From Candidatus Abyssobacteria bacterium SURF_5 (GTDB taxonomy: Bacteria > Abyssobacteria > SURF-5): 64,000 bases of DNA. Each line of letters starts with the position of its first letter. The stretch's first letter is position 1. Location: assembly GCA_003598085.1 (NCBI GenBank), contig QZKU01000145.1:9123-73122 (forward strand), written 5' to 3'. The notes beneath the pieces are model-generated. The model searched no databases and was not told the origin of the DNA. It was given only the letters and a program-made list of their open reading frames with translations. The position numbers and the translations under genes were made by a program. This document shows positions 9,896-19,437 of this stretch, in pieces.

Positions 9896-10152
9896 CCTTT
9901 TCTTTTCCGGAAGTTGTTCAACCTGGCTTATTATAACATGTTCGCCTCAAACGCCGGGGCGCAAAATGCCTTCGAGGAATCGCCCGGTCTGCCGCGATGG
10001 CGGCTATCGGCTCGCTCGGCGAAACCCGCCGGCGAGCACCAAGCGCCCCTCCTTTTTTGAAAGTGAGAGGGGCTGTGTTTCGCAGTTTCGGCAAACCGCC
10101 GCCTGCAGTAAAGACAAGCGAGCAGAAGAGTTGCCGCACTGCACTCATTGGC

Positions 10153-10181
10153 TTGACTGCAAATTTTCCACACTGTATAAT
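10153..10181 (+). promoter_or_regulatory. Sigma-70 promoter, TTGACT-17 bp-TATAAT (consensus)
   Basis: -35 at 10153-10158, a 17-nt spacer, and -10 TATAAT at 10176-10181. It lies about 115 nt upstream of the ABC ATPase start. Confidence 0.55.
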
Positions 10182-10297
10182 GAGATATTCGATTATCGGG
10201 GGCCGCTTCTACATAGGCCGCCATTGGAGTATCCGCAGCTGTTATCCTGACAGGACCAGCGGGGAGCATCAATTGTCTACAGGGGGAGAAGTTTTCT

Positions 10298-11260
10298 ATG
10301 CCGCCTGCCATTGAAATCAACGGTTTGACTAAAACGTACCGCACACTGTTCGGCCTCCGACAAGTGACCGCGGTTGACGACCTGAACCTGACGGTTGAGG
10401 AAGGAGAAGTCTTCGGTTTTCTCGGTCCGAACGGGGCGGGCAAAACGACGACGATCAAAATCTTGCTCGGAATCATTTATCCCACCGCCGGCGAGTGCAA
10501 GCTCTTTGGGGAACGGTTCGCCTCCAATTTTGCATTCGCTCCGGAATCCGCCAACAGCAGGTTGAAGGCCAACATTGGTTATCTTCCCGAAGGTCCGTAT
10601 TTCCATGAGTTCCTTTCCGGCCGGGAGGTGCTCTCGTTCTACGGCAAGTTGTACGGCCTGCGCGGAAATCATTTGAAGAGCCGGATCGATGAGACGCTCG
10701 ATATTGTGGGAATGCAGTACGCAGCCGACCGGCTTGTGCAGCATTACTCGAAGGGAATGCGCCAGCGAATTGGATTGGCGCAGGCTCTGCTGAGCGATCC
10801 AAAGCTGATGATCCTTGACGAGCCGACGGTCGGCCTCGACCCGATAGCTCGCCGCGAGATACGCGACCTGATGATCAAATTGAGGAATCTGGGGAAGACG
10901 CTGTTCGTGTGTTCGCATGAATTGAGCGAAGTCGAGATGATCTGCAACAAGATTGCAATTATCAACCGCGGAAAGATGGTCACGCATGGAAAACTCCTCG
11001 ATCTGATGCTGCAAGACCGCGCCGTGGAAATCGACGTGACCAATCTCCAGGAAGCTGTGTGGAAGAAACTGGAGACAGAAGGCTGTTTTGTCGGGAAGGC
11101 GGAGACCGGGCTGACTATGGTCCGCCTGCCCGAAAACCGCAGCCTTTACCAGATATTGGACATTCTAAAGGCTGACGCGACCGAGATAGTCGCGATCAGA
11201 CCAAAAAAAGAATCTTTGGAGGATTTGTTCATTCGATCTGTGAAGGAGGAAGTCGCGTGA
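10298..11260 (+). CDS. ABC transporter ATP-binding protein (ABC-2 type exporter ATPase)
   Basis: Walker A GPNGAGKTT, signature YSKGMRQR, Walker B ILDEPT. The stop overlaps the next gene. Confidence 0.9.
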   Translation: MPPAIEINGLTKTYRTLFGLRQVTAVDDLNLTVEEGEVFGFLGPNGAGKTTTIKILLGIIYPTAGECKLFGERFASNFAFAPESANSRLKANIGYLPEGPYFHEFLSGREVLSFYGKLYGLRGNHLKSRIDETLDIVGMQYAADRLVQHYSKGMRQRIGLAQALLSDPKLMILDEPTVGLDPIARREIRDLMIKLRNLGKTLFVCSHELSEVEMICNKIAIINRGKMVTHGKLLDLMLQDRAVEIDVTNLQEAVWKKLETEGCFVGKAETGLTMVRLPENRSLYQILDILKADATEIVAIRPKKESLEDLFIRSVKEEVA

Positions 11261-12054
11261 ATTCGCTGGTAATCGGGATGAACGCATATCGGGAATCGAT
11301 ACGGCGCAAAACCCTCATCGCTTTCTTGTTGTTCGCCATGCTCGTCATCGGCAGTTCCACGTTTTTGACCGTGCTCTCGCCGGGCGAGGAAATCAAGATG
11401 GTCAAAGATGTCTGCCTGAGCTGCATCTCCTTTTTCGGCATGTTGATCGCGGTATTTTCCGCCGGCGCCCTGCTTCCGGGGGAGACCGATAACAGGACCA
11501 TTCACACGATCCTGTCAAAACCGCTGAAGCGCGTGACTTATCTGGCGGGCAAGTACTTGGGAGCCCAGTTCACCATCCTGTTGAATATCGGATTAATGGC
11601 CGTCCTGTTCCTCGTCCTGCTGTATCTGCAATCCCGCAGATACGTTGACGAGACAGCGCCTTCGTTTTCCGTTACCGCGCTGGTCGCCTCAAAAGCCATG
11701 CTGCTGGTCTACTTCGAATTGCTCGTGCTCTCGGCGCTCGCGTTTGCCGTCTCCACCATGTCCACCTCGGCAACTCTTCCCGTGATCGGCGGCATCTTCA
11801 TTTATATCGTCGGCCATTCGGTCAATTACCTGAAGAACCTGAGCGAGCACGCCTCCTCCGAGATGATGTCGTTCATCATCAGGCAGTTTTACCTGATCCT
11901 GCCGAACTTCAGCAACTTCTACTTGAGAAATCAGTTGATCCATAACGACCCGTACGTGCCGCAGGGAATCGCAAAACTGTTTGTTTACGCCCTGCTCTAT
12001 GCCGGGTTCGGAATGCTGATTGCCTACATCTTGTTCCGAAAGAAGGATGTGTAA
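11257..12054 (+). CDS. ABC-2 family transporter permease
   Basis: 265 aa with six predicted TM segments. The ATGA overlap with the upstream ATPase indicates translational coupling. Confidence 0.75.
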   Translation: MNSLVIGMNAYRESIRRKTLIAFLLFAMLVIGSSTFLTVLSPGEEIKMVKDVCLSCISFFGMLIAVFSAGALLPGETDNRTIHTILSKPLKRVTYLAGKYLGAQFTILLNIGLMAVLFLVLLYLQSRRYVDETAPSFSVTALVASKAMLLVYFELLVLSALAFAVSTMSTSATLPVIGGIFIYIVGHSVNYLKNLSEHASSEMMSFIIRQFYLILPNFSNFYLRNQLIHNDPYVPQGIAKLFVYALLYAGFGMLIAYILFRKKDV

Positions 12055-12058
12055 GCGC

Positions 12059-13138
12059 ATGAGCAAGTTGAAGGAAAAAGCCATCTTCGGAGTTGTCGCC
12101 TTAGCTTTCCTGATTCCGATCTCGCTTGTCCAATCGGACATCGAGAGCGACACAGGAAGAATCACTTTCCTGCGATGGGTGGATAATCAAGAGGCTTACA
12201 GCCAGCAGGTGATCCAGCGCATCATCGTCGAACAGGACGAGCGCGACCCTGCGGAAACAGCCCTCTTTAATCAGGTAACGGAGCTCGGCCGCTCGTTAAA
12301 TCCCGATTTTTCGGAGCTTCCGGTGCCCGCTAAGTGGAAACTGATTAATCGGCCGGAATTCAACCCCTTATACATGCAATTCGTTGAATTGATCAGGCAG
12401 TCCAAGGCCTCCCTGATCGAGGGTGGAATCGAGTGGAGCAATCCCGATGTCAGCGCAAATGTCGGCGCCCTCGTGCTGGGGTTCAGAAAACTGGTTGCCG
12501 ATATGTTGTGGCTCAAGGTCGACGAGTACTGGCATCGCGGACAGGTGCAAAGAATGCTCCCAATGATGGAGACAGTGACCACGCTCGACCCCCATTTCAT
12601 CGAGGCGTACGCACTTGGGGCGTGGCACCTGGCCTATAACGTGACGGTCATGTTCCACTCCGCTGAAGAAAGAATGAAATATATCGAGCAGGGGGTCAGT
12701 CTCCTCAAGAAGGGCATCAAGAACAATCCCCGGAGCTCCAAGCTGTATGCGGAAATGGGATTCACCATTTACTTCCGCAAGCTCTCCGATTGGGAAAAGG
12801 CCGCGTATTATCTGGGCGAAGCGACAAAGTACGAGCACGAACCCTGGGTGGAGCGGGCATACGCCCTCTCGCTCGAGCGCTTGCGAGAAGAAGAAAAGGC
12901 GTTTGCGCTCCTGGAAGATTACGACCGCAGGCATCCGGACTTCAAGATGCAGAAGCTCACTATGAAGCGTCTGGAAAAGAAGCTCGAGGCCCGCAAGTTG
13001 GAGCGCGAAGGCGATCTTGAGGCTGCTTTCGAATTATGGCGGTTCCTGAAGGATGACGATCCCTCTGATTTCATCGCCCCGCAGGAATACCTGCGACTAA
13101 AAATGGAATTAGAGAAGGCTAACGGCCTCACGTCGTGA
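12059..13138 (+). CDS. Secreted/periplasmic hypothetical protein with TPR-like helical repeats, third gene of the ABC-2 operon
   Basis: The signal peptide KAIFGVVALAFLIPISLVQS follows the ATG at 12059, 5 nt after the permease stop. The repeated helical W/Y-rich segments are TPR-like. The ORF-track start at 12020 overlaps the upstream gene. Confidence 0.6.
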   Translation: MSKLKEKAIFGVVALAFLIPISLVQSDIESDTGRITFLRWVDNQEAYSQQVIQRIIVEQDERDPAETALFNQVTELGRSLNPDFSELPVPAKWKLINRPEFNPLYMQFVELIRQSKASLIEGGIEWSNPDVSANVGALVLGFRKLVADMLWLKVDEYWHRGQVQRMLPMMETVTTLDPHFIEAYALGAWHLAYNVTVMFHSAEERMKYIEQGVSLLKKGIKNNPRSSKLYAEMGFTIYFRKLSDWEKAAYYLGEATKYEHEPWVERAYALSLERLREEEKAFALLEDYDRRHPDFKMQKLTMKRLEKKLEARKLEREGDLEAAFELWRFLKDDDPSDFIAPQEYLRLKMELEKANGLTS

Positions 13139-13160
13139 ATCGCACCGAACAATTTTGAAG

Positions 13161-13210
13161 AACCCCCGGCCTCCTCAGCGCCGGTTGGAAGCCGGCAACG
13201 GGGGTTTTTC
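13161..13210 (+). terminator. Rho-independent terminator (nested GC hairpins then T5)
   Basis: AACCCCCG...GCCGGttggaaGCCGGC...CGGGGG TTTTT lies 25 nt after the stop at 13138. Confidence 0.6.
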
Positions 13211-13259
13211 CTCTTTCCACAGCCGGATCGGCTTCTGTTTTTACCGATATTAAGAGGAT

Positions 13260-13952
13260 ATGCGGTTCGTCATGAGCATTCAGTCGAACCTGGAGAACCT
13301 CCGCCGGCGGATTTCCGACGCCGCTCAACGAGCAGGCCGCAACCCAGCCGATATCAAATTGTGCGTCGTAACAAAGACTATTCCCGTTGCGAGAATACAA
13401 GAGGCAATCGCCTGCGGTGTCAGCATCATCGGAGAAAACCGCGTGCATGAGGCTACGCAAAAACAACCGGCGCTCGGGCGTTCGGTCGAGTGGCACATGA
13501 TAGGCCACCTGCAGTCAAGAAAGGCCAGACAGGCGGTAGAATTGTTTGACATGGTGCAGTCGGTCGATTCCGTCTCAACGGCGGCCGCGCTGGAGAAACG
13601 CTGTGCGGAAATCGATCGCCCAATGCGGGTTCTCATCGAGGTCAACACCTCTCATGAGGAACAAAAGTACGGAGCGCCGCCCGCCGATGCGGAACGCCTG
13701 GTGCGCCAATTAGGGAAAATGGGACATCTGCGAATCGAGGGGCTGATGACCATGGCGCCCCTCGTTTCAGATCCCGAACTGGCGCGGCCCTGCTTCCGGG
13801 AACTGCGGCAAACCGCGCAACGGCTGCGGGAACAGGATTTTCCGGGCGCCTCGTTTGATGTCCTGTCAATGGGCATGAGCAATGACTTTGAAGTGGCTGT
13901 CGAAGAGGGGGCCACTCTGCTGAGAATAGGAAGCGCCGTATTCGCGAAATGA
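13260..13952 (+). CDS. yggS: YggS-family pyridoxal phosphate homeostasis protein (alanine racemase N-terminal fold)
   Basis: 230 aa. KLCVVTKT carries the PLP-lysine, followed by IGENRVHEA and HMIGHLQSRKA. Confidence 0.85.
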   Translation: MRFVMSIQSNLENLRRRISDAAQRAGRNPADIKLCVVTKTIPVARIQEAIACGVSIIGENRVHEATQKQPALGRSVEWHMIGHLQSRKARQAVELFDMVQSVDSVSTAAALEKRCAEIDRPMRVLIEVNTSHEEQKYGAPPADAERLVRQLGKMGHLRIEGLMTMAPLVSDPELARPCFRELRQTAQRLREQDFPGASFDVLSMGMSNDFEVAVEEGATLLRIGSAVFAK

Positions 13953-13967
13953 ACGAGAAAGAAAACC

Positions 13968-14984
13968 ATGGAACAGCAACTTGAGAAACTTCGAGCGGAT
14001 GCGCTCGAAAAAGTGGGACAGGCTTCTGATTTATCACAATTGTCGCAGGTCCAAACCGAGTTCCTGGGACGCAAGGGAGAGCTGACAAAACTGCTCCGCC
14101 TGATGGGCTCATTGCCACCCGACCAACGCCCTGCTTTCGGCCAGAGCGCCAACCGAGTCAAACAGGAAATCCAGGACGCGATCGATCACAAGAAGAGCCT
14201 CTTCGAGCGGGAAGAGCGCGAGAAAAAACTGAAAAAAGAAAGCATCGACGTCACTCTTCCGGGTCTCAGGCCACCCATCGGCCATCTGCATCCGATCACG
14301 ATCGTCTTTGAGGAAATCCGGAGAATTTTCGAGGGACTTGGCTTCCAGGTGGCTACTGGGCCGGAAGTGGAAACAGATTATCATAATTTTGAGGCCCTCA
14401 ATTTCCCGAAGGATCACCCGTCTCGCGATATGCAGGCCACCTTCTTCATCAATGATGACGTGCTGCTGCGCACGCACACTTCTCCCGTTCAGATTCGCGC
14501 AATGACCGCACAGAGACCGCCGCTGAGAATTATTGCCCCCGGGAAAGTCTTCCGCCGCGACGACGATATCACGCACAGCCCCATGTTTCACCAGGTTGAG
14601 GGGCTTGTGGTGGACGAACAGATAACCCTCGGGGACCTGAAGGGCGTGCTTGAAGCCTTCATTCACCGCCTCTACGGCCCGCAGACCGCTCTGCGGTTCC
14701 GCCCCAGCTTCTTCCCGTTCACCGAACCGAGCGCGGAAGTCGATGTCCAGTGTGTCATCTGCGGCGGGAGCGGTTGCCGCACGTGCAAACAGTCAGGATG
14801 GCTCGAGGTATTAGGCTCTGGTATGGTGCATCCGAACGTTTTTCGCGCAGTCGGCTATGATCCCGAAGAGTATACCGGGTTTGCCTTCGGCCTGGGAGTC
14901 GACCGGCTCGCAATGCTGAAATACGGCATCGACGATATCCGCACATTATATGAGAACGACATCAGATTCCTCGAGCAATTTTAG
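13968..14984 (+). CDS. pheS: Phenylalanine--tRNA ligase alpha subunit
   Basis: FEALNFPKDHPSRDMQATFF and the class II aaRS motifs. Length is 338 aa. Confidence 0.95.
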   Translation: MEQQLEKLRADALEKVGQASDLSQLSQVQTEFLGRKGELTKLLRLMGSLPPDQRPAFGQSANRVKQEIQDAIDHKKSLFEREEREKKLKKESIDVTLPGLRPPIGHLHPITIVFEEIRRIFEGLGFQVATGPEVETDYHNFEALNFPKDHPSRDMQATFFINDDVLLRTHTSPVQIRAMTAQRPPLRIIAPGKVFRRDDDITHSPMFHQVEGLVVDEQITLGDLKGVLEAFIHRLYGPQTALRFRPSFFPFTEPSAEVDVQCVICGGSGCRTCKQSGWLEVLGSGMVHPNVFRAVGYDPEEYTGFAFGLGVDRLAMLKYGIDDIRTLYENDIRFLEQF

Positions 14985-15005
14985 GTGGATTGGAGAATGT
15001 AACGC

Positions 15006-17405
15006 ATGCGCGTTTCACTGAATTGGCTCAAAGAATTCGTTGCCGTACGCCTCTCACCCGCCGATCTCGCTCACAAATTGACTATGACCGGCACCGAGGT
15101 GGATAGCGTACAGATCATAAAGTCCGCCTTTGAAAAGGTAACCGTTGGGCGCATACTGAAGATTCGGCGGCATCCCAACGCCGACAAGCTGGTCCTGTGC
15201 GAAGTCGACGTCGGCAATTCGTCACCGCTGAAGATCGTTTGCGGCGCACCCAATATCAAAGAGGGCGACATCGTGCCCGTCGCTGTATCCGGCGCGAAGC
15301 TGGCGGGCGGCTTCTCGGTGCATAAAACCAAAATCAGGGGCGAATCTTCGGAAGGAATGCTCTGCTCGGAGCGCGAGCTCGGCATCAGCGAGGACCACAG
15401 CGGCATCATGATTCTGCCGCCCGACCTGCCGACCGGCGTCCCTCTTGACGAAGCGCTCCAGCTTTCCGACGCGTTGCTCGAGCTCGGCGTGACGCCGAAC
15501 CGGCCCGACTGCCTCAGCATATTCGGAACGGCTCGCGAGGTCGCCGCGATAACCGGCGAAAAGACAAGGCTGCCCGACATCCGGATGCGCGAAGCGGGCG
15601 CACAGATAGAATCCCTCACGTCGGTCACAATCGAAGACGAAAAAGGCTGCCCCCGCTATGCCGCGCGCGTCGTGTCCGGCGTCACGATCGGAGCATCCCC
15701 CGCATGGATGCAACAGCGGCTCCTGAAGGCGGGCCTGCGGCCGATTAATAATGTCGTCGACATAACGAATTATGTGCTGCTTGAACTCGGTCACCCGCTG
15801 CACGCGTTCGATTACCACAAGCTTTTCGAGAACAGAATCGTCGTCAGGCGCGCACTCCCGAAGGAGTCGATCGTGACCCTGGACGGAGCCAATCGCGGCC
15901 TGACCGAACAGATGCTGGTCATCGCCGACGCCGAAAAACCGGTTGCGATCGCCGGCGTCATGGGCGGAGCGAATTCAGAAGTGACCGAGCAGACGAAGAC
16001 TGTCCTTATCGAATCCGCATATTTCGACCCCGTTACGATCAGGCGCACATCGAAAGCGCTCGGGTTGTCCACGGAAGCTTCGTTCCGATTTGAGCGTGGC
16101 GCCGACCCGCAAATGCTGACGGTCGCGCTCGACCGCGCCGCCGCACTCATGGCCGAAGTTGCGGGAGGCACTGTCGCCGCCGGAAGCGTCGACCAGTACC
16201 CGCACCCGTTCAGCCCGAAGGAAATCTCGGTGCGCCATGAGCGGATCAGACGGATTCTCGGCATCCGGGTTCCACCTGACAAAGCGATATCCATTCTCGA
16301 TGCGCTCGGATTCGAAATTGTTTCCACCACCGGCGAGTCGGTCCGCGTGCGCGTGCCGAGTTACCGGCCCGACGTGGGCGAGGAAATCGATCTAATCGAA
16401 GAGGTTGCGCGCGTCTACGGATATGAAAACATTATTGCGACGTATCCCGAGGACAGGGCGCTCATGACGCGAGGACTGCCGGCAAAGTCGGCCGAAGAGG
16501 AAGTGAAAGCCCTGTTGAAGGGATGCGGTTTCACCGAGATCATCACGTTCAGCTTCGGGGACCCGGAAGAGATGAAGGATTTTTCGGGCGACGGCTATCC
16601 GGCTGCGCCGATCCGAATGAGGAATCCGCTGGCCGAGGACGAAAGCGTTTTGCGGACAACCCTTATGCCCGGACTGCTCGGAACAATCCGCAGCAATATC
16701 AATATCGGGAGGAAAAACCTGAAACTCTTCGAGGTCGGCAAGATTTTCTGGCCGGCTCCCGGAGAAACGCTGCCGGATGAACACGTGTCCGCCTGCGGCG
16801 CGGCGACCGGGCTGAGGAACTCTCTCCACTGGAAAGAGCAGCCTGCCGAGGTCGATTTCTTCGACTTGAAAGGCGTAGTTGAGACGTTGCTCGATTCTCT
16901 CGGTTTCGACGCGAGAGCTGTCAAATCTGCAAGACCCGGATTTCATCCGGGCAAATGCGCCGATATCGAAGTGGCGGGAAAAACGGTCGGCCGGGTGGGA
17001 GAGATTCACCCCGATATCATTCAGAAATATGAATTAAAACAAAAGACCTTCCTTTTCGAATTGGACCTTTCAACGCTTCTCTCGTGCCCGAAAACGGAAA
17101 AGGAATACCTGAGCGTTTCCCGCTTCCCGTACTCCGATCGCGATATGGCTGTCGTGGTCGATGAGAACATCGAAGCAGCCAAGCTGGTTTCCGCCATCAC
17201 AGAGGCCGGAGAAGAGATCTTGAGGCGGGTGCTCCTGTTCGACGTCTATCGAGGTGCGCAAGTGGAAAGCGGAAAGAAAAGCCTCGCTTTCAGCCTCAGG
17301 TTCCAAAGCGTTCAGCGAACACTGACCGATGAGGAAATCACCGCCGCGTTCAATAAAATCGTCCAGTCCGTCCAAACGCGCTTCGGCGCCCAATTGAGAA
17401 AGTAA
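15006..17405 (+). CDS. pheT: Phenylalanine--tRNA ligase beta subunit
   Basis: 799 aa. An N-terminal tRNA-binding domain and the B3/B4 and B5 domains are present. It immediately follows pheS. Confidence 0.95.
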   Translation: MRVSLNWLKEFVAVRLSPADLAHKLTMTGTEVDSVQIIKSAFEKVTVGRILKIRRHPNADKLVLCEVDVGNSSPLKIVCGAPNIKEGDIVPVAVSGAKLAGGFSVHKTKIRGESSEGMLCSERELGISEDHSGIMILPPDLPTGVPLDEALQLSDALLELGVTPNRPDCLSIFGTAREVAAITGEKTRLPDIRMREAGAQIESLTSVTIEDEKGCPRYAARVVSGVTIGASPAWMQQRLLKAGLRPINNVVDITNYVLLELGHPLHAFDYHKLFENRIVVRRALPKESIVTLDGANRGLTEQMLVIADAEKPVAIAGVMGGANSEVTEQTKTVLIESAYFDPVTIRRTSKALGLSTEASFRFERGADPQMLTVALDRAAALMAEVAGGTVAAGSVDQYPHPFSPKEISVRHERIRRILGIRVPPDKAISILDALGFEIVSTTGESVRVRVPSYRPDVGEEIDLIEEVARVYGYENIIATYPEDRALMTRGLPAKSAEEEVKALLKGCGFTEIITFSFGDPEEMKDFSGDGYPAAPIRMRNPLAEDESVLRTTLMPGLLGTIRSNINIGRKNLKLFEVGKIFWPAPGETLPDEHVSACGAATGLRNSLHWKEQPAEVDFFDLKGVVETLLDSLGFDARAVKSARPGFHPGKCADIEVAGKTVGRVGEIHPDIIQKYELKQKTFLFELDLSTLLSCPKTEKEYLSVSRFPYSDRDMAVVVDENIEAAKLVSAITEAGEEILRRVLLFDVYRGAQVESGKKSLAFSLRFQSVQRTLTDEEITAAFNKIVQSVQTRFGAQLRK

Positions 17406-17409
17406 TGAA

Positions 17410-17694
17410 ATGGACGAGAAGCTGGCCAGACTCGAAGAACAGATGAAGCGCTTGGTCAGCAGCTTCCGCGACGCCTGCGAGAAAAACGAGCACCTCCGGC
17501 GCCAGAACGAACGCCTGCTGAATGAGCTCCTGGAGAAAACGCGGCAGATGGAAGTGCTCGAAGAGCGCGGCGAACTGCTGCTTGAAGCGCAGGCGGAAAA
17601 GAAAAAGCTCGAAGCGCAGCGCGAACAGATCCGAAAAGAAATCAACGCCCTGCTCGAGCGAGTGCGTGCGCTGAAGGGCGAACAACACAGATAG
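17410..17694 (+). CDS. Small coiled-coil protein, ZapB-like
   Basis: 94 aa, entirely heptad coiled coil (LEEQMKRL...LLNELLEKTRQMEVLEE). It starts 5 nt after pheT and precedes zapA. Confidence 0.5.
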   Translation: MDEKLARLEEQMKRLVSSFRDACEKNEHLRRQNERLLNELLEKTRQMEVLEERGELLLEAQAEKKKLEAQREQIRKEINALLERVRALKGEQHR

Positions 17695-17804
17695 ACAAGA
17701 TGGGGACGGAAAATCTTCCCCCAGTTGTGCAGACGTCTTGAAAAAACTGTACGGTCTCTGTTGTCTTTAAGTTCTCCTTTGGTTTTCGAAAGGCGAAGAC
17801 GATC

Positions 17805-18116
17805 ATGAACCGACCCGCCGCCGTGACGGTCACCGTTCTCGGGACCGAGCTCAGTTTCAGAACCGAAGACCCCGAGTACATCAAACAGTTAGCCGCTTTT
17901 GTTGAAAACGAAATCCGCACAGTCGTGGATTCCGGAAAAATATCATCACAGACCAAGGCGGTTATCCTCGCGGCCTTTACCATGGCCGATGAATTGTTTC
18001 GGCTGCGCAAGGAAAAGGAACAGGTCTCCAAGCGAATCGAATCGATGCTTGAGATGGCATCAAATATGCACTGGGAGACTCCGGCGGCGCCGCCACATCC
18101 GGCCACGGAAATCTGA
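17805..18116 (+). CDS. zapA: Cell division protein ZapA-like
   Basis: 103 aa. VTVLGTELSFRTEDPEYIKQLAAFVENEI is ZapA-family sequence, and it is syntenic with the upstream coiled-coil gene. Confidence 0.65.
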   Translation: MNRPAAVTVTVLGTELSFRTEDPEYIKQLAAFVENEIRTVVDSGKISSQTKAVILAAFTMADELFRLRKEKEQVSKRIESMLEMASNMHWETPAAPPHPATEI

Positions 18117-18242
18117 GGAACACGGGAGCGATTCCACTCCGGAATCTCTTGCCGTCGCCAATTCGTTCGTACGGAATTTCGCTTTTCTTGCACCGAAATG
18201 TTCAAACAAGACTTATTCGCTTCAACCAGTGCAGGGAGAAAC

Positions 18243-19133
18243 ATGATCGAGATCGCCGACCGCATCTACTTCATCGAGTCCGAAAACAGAGGGCGCTATC
18301 CGAACTCGCACTCGCTGTTTGTCGATGACGATTTGGGTATGGTTATCGACCCGGCCTGCCGCGAAGAATTGATGCTTGAACTGGCTGCGAGTCATAAGAC
18401 GAGTATCATCCTCAACACTCACTACCACGAAGACCACAGGATCTACAATTACTGCTTCACCCGCGCACAGCTTTACACACATGAGCTCGATGCCCGCGGC
18501 TACGGCTCAATCGAGGACTTCATGCAGGATTTCTCGGTTGTCAACAGCGATACGCTCAAGAACTTCTGGCGCGATTTTCTGCTCGACAACTGCAAATACC
18601 GCCCCTATACAGTCGCTCAGACTTTTTCCGACGGCTTCCAGATCGACCTCGGACATACCGTTGTCAAAACGATTCATACCCCCGGCCACTCCGCAGGCCA
18701 CAGTTGCTTTTATTTCCCCAAGGAACAGGTGCTGTACCTGGGCGATATCGACCTCACCTCCTTCGGGCCATGGTACGCCAGCCGGAATTCCGATATCGAC
18801 GCCTGGCTGACCTCGATCGAGCGCGTCCGCCGGTTGAAACCTAAAATCGTGGTTACCTCGCATGGCGACGGCCTGGTGACTGAGAACCTCGACGCCCGAA
18901 TCCAGACGTATGCTAATACAATTCATCAGCGCGATAACCGCATCCTCGAGTTCCTGCAGCGCCCCCGCACAAAAGAGGAGATTCTGGACCTCGAAATCGT
19001 CTACCGGCGCAATCATAAATCACCCGACTCTTTCTTCTACTGGGATGACCGTATGATGATAGAAATGCACATTTTTCGGCTGGAACGGCAGGGTCGATTG
19101 AAAAGACTTGACAGAAATTATGTTATAGGATAA
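18243..19133 (+). CDS. MBL-fold metallo-hydrolase
   Basis: HYHEDH (HxHxDH) and the downstream H and D ligands are present. The start was moved to the ATG at 18243, which has a GGGAG ribosome-binding site; the ORF-track start at 18198 has none. Confidence 0.8.
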   Translation: MIEIADRIYFIESENRGRYPNSHSLFVDDDLGMVIDPACREELMLELAASHKTSIILNTHYHEDHRIYNYCFTRAQLYTHELDARGYGSIEDFMQDFSVVNSDTLKNFWRDFLLDNCKYRPYTVAQTFSDGFQIDLGHTVVKTIHTPGHSAGHSCFYFPKEQVLYLGDIDLTSFGPWYASRNSDIDAWLTSIERVRRLKPKIVVTSHGDGLVTENLDARIQTYANTIHQRDNRILEFLQRPRTKEEILDLEIVYRRNHKSPDSFFYWDDRMMIEMHIFRLERQGRLKRLDRNYVIG

Positions 19134-19198
19134 AATGTTCACTGATAACCTATATCCTGAGGCGGGGCTTCTTTCCTCGGTTACTCTCGGCAATTTTC

Positions 19199-19227
19199 TT
19201 GACATCGAATCAAAAAGGAAGTAAAAT
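19199..19227 (+). promoter_or_regulatory. Sigma-70 promoter TTGACA-17 bp-TAAAAT with a roughly 200-nt leader before the KAS gene
   Basis: -35 TTGACA at 19199-19204, a 17-nt spacer, and -10 TAAAAT at 19222-19227. The leader contains the hairpin CCGCTGT...ACAGCGG at about 19347-19379. Confidence 0.5.
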
Positions 19228-19437
19228 GTCTCATAAAAGGGGAGGGACGTAAAGTTTGGCCGCTGGTCGGTAGCAAAGAGGTACTTGATTTTTTGATGTA
19301 ATTACTTGCAGATACGCCACTTATAACCGGAGAATGTTTTCAGTCCCGCTGTCTAAGCACCCTCGCATGGAACAGCGGATCGATCCGGACCCGGCGGACA
19401 CATGGGACCGGGTAATCAGGGAGAAGGAGTAGGAGCG

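Noticed and set aside
17706-17726. Terminator after the ZapB-like gene (GGGGACGGAAAATCTTCCCCC)
   Set aside because: The hairpin is not followed by a U-tract and lies inside an operon that continues into zapA. It is more likely an intercistronic structure.
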